Assembly (NCBI GenBank): GCA_050575255.1
Contig: JBNZDD010013664.1
Location: forward strand, 3,256,016-3,320,015
Length of the DNA: 64,000 bases
Reading direction: 5' to 3'
From: Harriotta raleighana
Lineage: Eukaryota
The position numbers and the translations under genes were made by a program. Positions 13,581-22,523 of the stretch are shown here, piece after piece. The notes under the pieces are model-generated. The model had not been told where the DNA came from and made no database searches. It saw only the letters and a list, made by a program, of their open reading frames with translations. Position 1 is the stretch's first letter, and each line of letters opens with the position of its first letter.

Positions 13581-13712
13581 GAGTTCTGACGAAGGGTCGT
13601 GGACCTGAAACATTGACTCACTTTCCTTTCTCCATGAATGCTGCCTGACCTGCTGAGTTTTCTCAGCGACTTCCGTTTTTGTTTCAGATTTCCAGCATCT
13701 GCGGTCCAGTAT
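13581..13712 (+). mobile_element. Penelope-like element terminal repeat with degenerate minimal hammerhead motif
   Basis: GAGTT-CTGACGA-AGGGTCGTGGACCT-GAAAC-ATT-GACTC followed by CTCCATGAATGCTGCCTGACCTGCTGAG; related copies at 35860-35945(-) and 49036-49262. Confidence 0.7.
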
Positions 13713-13939
13713 TTTGTGTTTAATTTTGTTCTTGTTGTTTACAGAATATACAATAAAATCACACTTTTATACACTGTAAGGTGGAGTGACTGGACATTTT
13801 GTAGGTGAAAAGCGGCCACTAATTGTGCCCTGCAGTGTGCCGCAGACACTCCCGGATTTACTAGTGTACAATATTTACAACAATATTCTAACAATGTACA
13901 GTGACACACTACACATTGCACACTCATGACTGTACGGAT

Positions 13940-14560
13940 ATAAACGTGCTAATGCGCAGGCGCTCAGAGCGGAGCTCGGCAGCCTTGATTGTGTGGCTGT
14001 CATGCGCACTATGAAGCCCTCTGGGTGGAGTGCTGTGCGCGTGCGCGCTGGGAGGCGGCCCGCCGTGGTTGGCGGTTGCCATGCGCGGCGGCGCGGTGCT
14101 TTCTGGGTCGCTGCCTCCTCACGGTCTTTCGGAGTCGGCGGCGAGAAGATGGCGGACGGTGATGGTGAGCGCGGAGATCAGTCTGGGTAGTGTGAGGGGC
14201 GGAATGGAGGGAGTGTGGTGACTGACTGAGTGAGTGAGTGCGGGTGGGAAGGCAGGCAGGCAGGGGGAGAGGAGCCAGGAGGGGGAGGGAGCTTGCGGGG
14301 AGGTGGGTTAGCGCGAGGCCAGCCAGCCCCCCGCCTGCGTGTCTCTCTCCCTACCTCCAGCCGCCGCGCTTCTCTCCCTGCTCCCTCTTCTCGTTCTCAT
14401 TCACTGAATCCCCGGGAGGCGGTGTGTGAGGAGGGTCTGGGTCCATCCCGTTAGTGCCTGACGGGCCTCCTCCTCCCGCCAAGGCCGCGAGCGACAGTGA
14501 GCGCATGGCGGGCCCTCCCCGCCCCCACCCTCAGCACATGGCCGCGGCTGCCGCTCCCTG
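13940..14560 (+). promoter_or_regulatory. DKC1: DKC1 CpG-island promoter/first exon with NRF1- and YY1-type motifs
   Basis: CpG-rich stretch; GCGCAGGCGC 13954-13963 and GCGCGTGCGC 14037-14046 (NRF1 consensus GCGCNTGCGC); AAGATGGCGG (YY1) 14146-14155 overlapping the ATG. Confidence 0.8.
14149..14164 (+). CDS. DKC1: DKC1 exon 1 (MADGD)
   Basis: aagATGGCG start context; donor G|GTGAGC; 16 nt. Confidence 0.9.
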
Positions 14561-15512
14561 TGTGTGAGAGAGAGGCTGAGGCCTCATCCACAGTCACTGC
14601 TGAGAGATTAAATCCCATTTATTCATCTGACACTGATAACCCGAATGTATCAATGTGGATTTTCAGGGACGGGGGGTGGGAGGGGGGGAAACAATCATCT
14701 GAGGGGGAGGCCGTTACTCTACTCCCTGGGCCTGGATCCTGTGAACTGACAGGGCCGAGCGTTCAGTCACCTGCTCGGACAATACAAGTTTTTTTTTCTA
14801 ATAACTACCATTTATTTCCGCCGGTTGCAAACTTCTTTAGCTTCTGAGACTCCGCCGGTCTGAGCTGCAGACGTTTTCGTGCAGTTTTGCACACGAGAGA
14901 GAGAGAGAGACGGGGGTGGGAGGAGGGTGGAGGCCGCCTTCTAAAGTGCTAGAATTTACTAACACTTCCTTGGGAGCCTTCAGTGCTACAGCATTAATAT
15001 GGACTTCACCTGCTCTTAATTTATTGCAAAAGCACAAGGATTTGAGAAAATACGTTTAGCCCGGCGGTGTTCATCGTTACACGTGTGTTAAATCAGTTTA
15101 CAGTATGGAGCCAAGGCAACCCATTAATGGCCCATCCCCCTACATCATTTAGTTATTTCCCCCCAAATCTTTGATTTCTAATGTATTAGGATTGTTAGTG
15201 GAAGTTTTTAGAGAATTATGATTAGGTGAGAGAATGCTTTGCTATAACTTGATTTAAAACCCTGTACTGGGGGACACCATGGATCGATTCTCTAAATGTC
15301 AAAAATTATCTGGGAGAATTTAATGTGAGGATTACTAAATATATTACTTTTTCAGAAAACAATTCCTCAGATGCAGATTTAATATATGAAATCTATTTAA
15401 ATGGTGCCATATACTGTGAGTTCTGCCATTCTATTATTGGTGTGGACTACAGATCCTAATCTTAAATGAAACTTTTGGATCTAAATGTGTTTTTTTTAAT
15501 CCCTTTTTCCAG

Positions 15513-15562
15513 GCTTTCAAAAACAAAAAAAGCACAAGAAGAAAACTGATGAGGGTATTGGG
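15513..15562 (+). CDS. DKC1: DKC1 exon 2 (GFQKQKKHKKKTDEGIG, N-terminal NLS)
   Basis: AG/GTAAGT; restores phase 0. Confidence 0.92.
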
Positions 15563-16173
15563 GTAAGTGTTTTGTGTGTTTTTGTGTCATAGTTGCAGTG
15601 GGAAAATGTTTTGCGATAAGTGGTAATTTACTTTGCGTTACAGTTTTAATAGATTGGGGAGAGCAGGATATTTAGTGGTGATTAATTGAGTTTGTTTTAA
15701 ATTTACATGGTTTGTGAACATCTGTTATAGGGGCCATATTTCAATGAGCTACCACTCAAGTGGCAGGACAGTATTATTCACTGGTGGCTGTTTCAATCAG
15801 GGAGTCAAATGCACTGCTGCCTTCAGGCCAGCCTGTGCAATTGAAATGTAATGAGTATGCAACAGGCCATGTGGTGTCACTATTATAGCATTTGAATCTT
15901 AACACCCTGTCATGTCACTGAATTGTTACTTGCTTTGAATAAATGCAATCTTAATTATTATGGTTGGTGAGTTAGTACAACATGATTGTGTTCATCACAT
16001 ATTTGGCATAATATGGGTTTTTGTCCCATATTATGCCATATTGTCCCAAAAACACATAACACATAATGTTCTCCCATAAATCAATCAGTTAGGTGCCTGA
16101 TTTCTGGTATTTGCCAGATTCCATAGGAGTTAGTCGGGATAATGTGGTCGACTGAACATGTGCTTTTTTGCAG

Positions 16174-16260
16174 GACATACAACAGACAACAGATTTTCTA
16201 ATCAAACCAGAATCAAAGACTGTGAAGTTGGATACATCTCAGTGGCCCCTGTTGCTGAAG
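16174..16260 (+). CDS. DKC1: DKC1 exon 3 ([29 protein letters not shown])
   Basis: AG/GT; DKCLD domain. Confidence 0.97.
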
Positions 16261-16774
16261 GTAATGGTCAAATTGAAAAGTATAGTTGTTATGGTATACA
16301 ACTTATATGTATATTCATAGAACAATTTCATGACCGTTTGTGGGGATGCTGCTAGGCACAATTGGCTGCCGTGTTTCACCCACAAATATACAGTCAATTC
16401 ACTTTACAGTCTATTCTGTGGTTAGCTTTGAGATGTTGGTAAGATGTGAAAAGTGCTATATCAAATGCAAGGATTATTATTAATATTTAATTATTTGCTG
16501 TACGCCCATTATATAATCAGCAATTTTGTATTCTGTTTGTATGGCCCCGGGGTGAAACCCATACACCATGGTATTCTGGATTCCTAAACTTTTAAAGCAA
16601 TGCTTCCCGATTGGGAGTCTGTTCTGGAAATGTGCCTTACTTCCAGAAGCTGCAGATTCACAAGACTGGTGTTGTGAGATGACTTTAGAGATACACTTGT
16701 AAATTGGGTACCCTTTATTACTTTGTACATGTGTTCCTGCTTCTGTTTCTGAATCACAAATATTTTTATTACAG

Positions 16775-16866
16775 AATTTTGACAAACTCAATGTACGGAC
16801 AGCACATTACACACCTGTGCCAAATGGCTGCTCTCCTCTTAAGAGGGAAATTGCAGATTATGTGAG
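16775..16866 (+). CDS. DKC1: DKC1 exon 4 ([31 protein letters not shown])
   Basis: AG/GT; in frame. Confidence 0.97.
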
Positions 16867-16993
16867 GTAAGCTTATTCGAGGAACTGCAGTTTCTAGAAG
16901 GGAAAGGGATACAAATGTATCTATAATACATTTGTGCATGATTTTGATAATCTAACACCGTACTAATTTCAAATGTATGGGGATAGGCATTGC

Positions 16994-17222
16994 AATGGCA
17001 TTCGATCGATATCTCCTTTGAGAGACAGTAGAGATTTCAAGGGCAAATTGGCTTCCGCCGTGCTATATATTATAATAAATATAATAAGAAATAATATTGA
17101 TGTTAATCAGCAGAGTGTTGAGGGAGAAAATGTTTGAATGAGTTGATTAATGAGGTTACTATTGGGTGAATCAGTTTGGTAGTTTACGCAGATAATTGCA
17201 CCGAATGCCATTAACTACATGA
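16994..17222 (+). ncRNA. candidate ACA-terminated long hairpin in DKC1 intron 4
   Basis: perfect 11-bp stem AATGGCATTCG/CGAATGCCATT; ACATGA 15 nt from the stem top. Confidence 0.45.
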
Positions 17223-17378
17223 GTATTATTCTGTTGAAAGTTAGTTGAAGAAATAATGTAATAAATGTTTTAACATTGGAATTTTGCTTCCTAACTATAT
17301 TGTGATCTCTAAAGACTAAACAGAAAATAAAAATCCTTTGTGAAATGACCTTTAGAATGCTTAACCTAGTTAATTTAA

Positions 17379-17609
<231 letters not shown>

Positions 17610-17899
17610 TAATTCTTTGTCCCCTACCAGTGTTCCCTGTTCTTTCAATTTTTATTTACAGAATATTGCAACAGCAATAGTTTAAAAAGAAATCTGGAAC
17701 TTCAGCAATAGTTTAAAATGTTTTAGATGTAGAAAGCATTGTAAGTAATGGGTGTTCGTATCTTGTGTCCTGGGGTTCTGAGAGTCTTATGGCGGGAGCT
17801 CCATGTGTAAATGGATATTTTTATTTGAAAACTTAACTTCACAATTTGTGAAACAATAAAAGCGGCCTTTCCTAACCACTCTACTGCTGTTACTTGCAG

Positions 17900-17964
17900 G
17901 CAAAGAGTATGTAGGAGTTGTTCGGCTACACAATGCTATTGAAAGTGAACTTCAGCTTAGCAGG
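17900..17964 (+). CDS. DKC1: DKC1 exon 6 (GKEYVGVVRLHNAIESELQLSR)
   Basis: AG/GT; in frame. Confidence 0.97.
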
Positions 17965-18352
17965 GTAAGTCTTCTACTTTGGGTGATTCAGGTTGTTTGT
18001 TTAGCTAGGCTTCCAGAGTGGTTGGTTTGCAACACCTTACAGTGTTCTAGCATGACATAAAGGGGGGGGTGTTTAGGGATTTTTCTTGCAAAATTGATTT
18101 TAGTGACAGCTAATGATTATGGTTATTTCTAGACACAAATAGTGTTCAATTCATGAAACATCTGATCCTAACAACAACAAAATTACACTTGTATAGTGCC
18201 TTTCACTTCAGGAGGACGTTCTATTCTAACTTAAGTTAACTCTTAAATTATAAGGCATCTTGGTGCATGACTGACCAGGGTCATACTTTTCTGTTCTACA
18301 CAGGAGGTGTTGTTCTTTACTGCTGACTAACTTGTAGGTTTTGTAGCAATGT

Positions 18353-18597
18353 GTACGTAAAATGATGAATGTGTTTATCCATTCGCAGAGTGCAGCCTGT
18401 CACTCATCCTGCAGCACACAGTTCTGTTTTACACTCTGGGTGTTGTGCATCCATCTTGTGCCAACTGGTCATTCAGTGTTTTACTGGGGGGCTGTTGGTC
18501 CTTGTTTGGGTGCCTGTGGGAATGAGGGGACTTGGCAGAGTTCGACCCTTCTAGGATCCAACTCAACAAAGACGATTGATGCAATCTGATTACGTAC
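18353..18597 (+). ncRNA. SNORD17: box C/D snoRNA SNORD17 (long, about 240 nt) in DKC1 intron 6
   Basis: C box ATGATGA 18362-18368, D box CTGA 18586-18589, 8-bp terminal stem GTACGTAA/TTACGTAC; guide GTTTATCCATTCG + D' CAGA complementary to 28S GAAUGGAUGAAC; internal CAGTGTTTTACTG and the 3' end resemble human SNORD17 as recalled. Confidence 0.88.
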
Positions 18598-18951
18598 CAT
18601 ACTAGTTAATAGCCTCAAATGCTGTGTTTAACCACAGCTTGTGTGTATGTAGCATTCTACACACAAGGTAGTAACTTGGGAGCGCTTTAAGTACAATGGT
18701 GTCCAGTTTATTCCAAGTGTTGGAGCTGTATCTATTCCCCATTGATGTAAAGTTTATTGCACAATAATTAGTGATGCCTTTGGTGAAGATTGATGGAGGT
18801 TTCTATTAGACAGTGAAGTGCTTGACCACTTTATCCAGTTAATCTAAATTGTTGGTGATGACTTTTTTGAATGGGTGGGCCATTGTGTTGTAACACCCCT
18901 GTTTTTTATGTAGTTCACAATCACTTACACAAAATGTATTACTCAATTCAG

Positions 18952-19078
18952 ACCATGGATCAGCTGACTGGTGCCTTGTTCCAGCGACCCCCTCTGATTG
19001 CAGCTGTAAAGAGGCAGTTGCGTGTTCGGACAATTTATGAGAGCAAACTAATTGAATATGATCCAGAAAGACGGTTAG
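18952..19078 (+). CDS. DKC1: DKC1 exon 7 ([42 protein letters not shown])
   Basis: AG/GT; in frame. Confidence 0.98.
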
Positions 19079-20013
19079 GTGAGTATTTACTTGTGGTTCC
19101 TGTCACCGCTTGTAGGTTATATAATAATAAATAATAATAATACTTAGATTTATATGGCACTTTTCACATCTTATCGACGTCCCAAAGCGCTTTACAGAAT
19201 ACGACAACATCCCAAGGTAGGGATCAGAGCAGGGAGGGTCGGGGTAGGGAGAAGAAAGGGTGGGGGCCAGAGTAGTGGGGGAGGGGTCATGATAGTGGGA
19301 AGGAATAGGAAAATTGACTATATTTGTGGGTGAAACGCGGCAGCCAATTTGCACACAGCAGTGTCCCACAAACAGTTGTGGAAGTGAGGGGGCCAGGGAT
19401 GAAAGGGGGAAAGAGGGTAAGGGGAAGAGAACAGGAAAACCAGGTGTACATTTTGGGGTGAAATGCGGCAGCCAAATTGCGCACAGCAGTGTCCCACAAA
19501 CAGACACGGAAATGGGGCCGGGGGAGAAAGGGGAAAAGGGTGGCAAGGAGGGAAAAGTGGGTGGGGTAAGGGGGACAAAGGGGAAATCAGGGAGAATAAG
19601 GAGGGAGAAATGGTGGCAAGGGGGAAGAGGGAGGGAAAGGTGGGTGGGAGGCAAAATCAGGGAGGAAGGGGGAAAAGGGAGAGGGGGAAGACGAAGAAAA
19701 AGCGGGCAGGGGGATTAAACAACAACAGATAACATCAACAATAATAAACAAAAAAGCAACAATAACAATAGAAAGGGCAACAACAACAATTAAAACAGTC
19801 CAGCCACCGCTCCCTGTCCTCGCCGCCCGCCTGGATCATCTTCAAAAAGGCGGGAACCAGGCCATCGATCAGCTCTTGCATTCGTTTCTCGTAGGGTGGC
19901 ATTTGCTCATCCGCCTCCTCTTTAATGGGGTGCTGGTACTTTTCCTCAGAGTCCTTGTCGCGCTTCCGGCCCTCCCAGTTGAACGTTAAGCCTTATAAAT
20001 GATACATTTTAAA

Positions 20014-20385
20014 ATCTATGCTATTATGCGCTGTGGTTCATCTCATTGCGAAAATGAAGTTGATTTATAGGCATGTGCTGTGTAGATGGTAACAGCTAGT
20101 GGTGAAGATTGCTTTGACCTTAAGGAACTCTGTTTGGAATTTTCTCCAGGACCCTATGCTGGTGTAATGTACTGAGGAGGAGCGGTCATTTGTATGATTG
20201 ATTCCTTATTGAAGAATCCAGTTTTAAATTATACATGTTGGACCCTTCAATCCATAGTCAAATGTTCTTCATTTGATTGAGTGAATGAATCGTGGTTTGA
20301 TTCCTGAAGATACTGGTTTGGCTTAAAATGGCTGGATATTCTTCATATTTTGAATGGAGATGATGATTGAGAGCACTACACATTT
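20014..20385 (+). ncRNA. candidate large H/ACA-like RNA in DKC1 intron 7
   Basis: hairpin 20014-20087, ACAGCTA 20092-20098, about 280-nt branched hairpin closed by GTGGTG/CACTAC (20099-20104/20374-20379), ACA 20380-20382. Confidence 0.5.
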
Positions 20386-20538
20386 ATAGGATAAAATTTC
20401 CTTACCATTATAAATGACTGGTAGCTTATTTGAAGCAGATGAAATTATGATACACAAATTAGAATTACGAACAGATAAGTACAATGTTATCTGATGAATA
20501 TTCTCCCTCTTCTCTTCCCCCCCTACACCATGTCCTGA

Positions 20539-20718
<180 letters not shown>

Positions 20719-20824
20719 TAATGTAATGCAGTGAGACTGACCTCTTTAGATTGGTTACAAGTTATTGAGCTGGTGATATACAGTAAGATGTATGCTGCGG
20801 GTGAAGATGTGTAACTTCATTAAG

Positions 20825-20957
20825 TCCAAAGCGTTGAGTTCGGTGCAGGGCACTTAACCCTGTTCTGGTAATTAAGCTTTGGAAGAGTGAAAGGCTGGCG
20901 GTCGCAGAACATGATGGTGATGTGTTTGCCAATCAGACAGACCTCTGGCTGACAATT
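20825..20957 (+). ncRNA. SNORA36: box H/ACA snoRNA SNORA36 in DKC1 intron 8
   Basis: 5' hairpin TCCAAAGCGTTGAGTTCGGTGCAGGGCAC...CCCTGTTCTGGTAATTAAGCTTTGGA closely matches recalled human SNORA36A, which lies in the same DKC1 intron; second hairpin, then ACA 20952-20954. Confidence 0.92.
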
Positions 20958-21381
20958 TTATATAAGAACATTATATTTCTAGTTCTGTTGATGCCTGAAA
21001 TGTGAAGCTGAAACTTAAGTGTCAGCCTGACTCAGGTTGGTAATACTCTTGCCTTTAGTTCAAGCTCCACTTCGAGACTTTGACTTCATAATTTAGGCTG
21101 AATTTCAATGCACTGTTAAAAGTAGTGTACTTTGGGTGAGATGTTAAACCAAGGTCGTATCTGTTTTTTCAAGTGCATATTAAGATCATATGCCACTAGT
21201 CAAAGAGAGAAGAGAATTAAACTTGGTGTAATGGTCAACGATCATTGCAGATAGAATTGTTCATTTGATTCATTACTATTTATTGTTGTACAAATTGGCT
21301 GCCAGGTTCACTTATACATACAGAAGTACCACAGAAATTCAAGAATGTGAAATGCTAGAATCATTTATTTATTAACTTCAG

Positions 21382-21525
21382 GATAACTTGGTGACCATGC
21401 ACGACGTTTTGGACGCACAGTGGCAATATGACAACAATAAAGATGAGACTTATCTGCGGCGTGTTATCTATCCCCTTGAGAAGTTGATGGTCTCCCACAA
21501 ACGTATCGTCATGAAGGACAGTGCG
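21382..21525 (+). CDS. DKC1: DKC1 exon 9 ([33 protein letters not shown]...KDSA)
   Basis: AG/GT; in frame. Confidence 0.98.
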
Positions 21526-21756
21526 GTAAGTGTCCTCACAAATAGGAATGTACCATTCAGTTCAGAATGCTGATTGAATTGCTGAGGGTTTTATAGCTAT
21601 AACGTTTTCTAGGAGCAAAACACTGACTGTGGAGGAGGGGGGTGTTTATTTGGAAAGAGATCCTGGTGGACACAAGGCCCTCTTAATCTTGATCATATAC
21701 ATTAAGCCTGAATAAATATATGCTTTATTGAACATGGTGTTCTATACTTTTGTTAG

Positions 21757-21891
<135 letters not shown>

Positions 21892-21921
21892 TAGGCATTG
21901 TACATTGTATAGATGCATAGG

Positions 21922-22061
21922 ATTCTTTTGAGATTTCTGTACACTTCCATGCTGAACTCATTCCAATCTAAATATGGTGTATTCCAATGCGGGTAGTTTA
22001 ATCCAAGTAAAGCTTGGATGTTTGTTGCCCAACCATCTCACAAGCTCAAGGGGATACAATA
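21922..22061 (+). ncRNA. candidate ACA-terminated long hairpin in DKC1 intron 10
   Basis: 11-bp basal stem directly followed by ACAATA; internal stems GGGTAGT/GTTGCCC and ATCCAAG/CTTGGAT. Confidence 0.5.
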
Positions 22062-22115
22062 TAATGTAGGCAATGTTTTAATTGAGTGTATATTAAGTGG
22101 TACCAGCAATCCTGA

Positions 22116-22289
<174 letters not shown>

Positions 22290-22448
22290 TGAATTGGTGA
22301 GCTTCTGTGTACTGTCCAATTGAGAGGGCATTAAAACATCAGTGTTCAGGGGATTTAAGAGGAAACTCGTCAATGGTAAAATCAGAATTTGAACACAAAT
22401 CTGGAATAGCCTGTTTGTGATAATGGGCAGGAGCTGAGCCAGACTATA

Positions 22449-22523
22449 GCCACATGATGATCTATATTTGACATTAACACTCTGTGTAAAGATGACATTC
22501 ATCTATCACCCAAGACTGATGGC
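22449..22523 (+). ncRNA. box C/D snoRNA, family not recognised, in DKC1 intron 11
   Basis: C box ATGATGA 22454-22460, D box CTGA 22516-22519, terminal stem GCCA/TGGC extended by an 18-bp external stem 22431-22448/22526-22543; 75 nt. Confidence 0.82.

Noticed and set aside
14841-15225. Possible cryptic exon in DKC1 intron 1 containing a weak ACA hairpin
   Set aside because: Stems are only 5-6 bp and the splice sites are unremarkable; kept only as the weakest member of the array finding.
17978-17988. Complementarity of the intron-11 C/D guide (ATCACCCAAG) to DKC1 intron 6
   Set aside because: Only about 10 nt, and TTTGGGTGA occurs several times in the window by chance.
20360-20494. ATGATGA...CTGA pair as a separate C/D snoRNA
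   Set aside because: No terminal stem adjacent to the boxes, AT-rich interior and no guide; it also overlaps the better-supported ACA-terminated fold.
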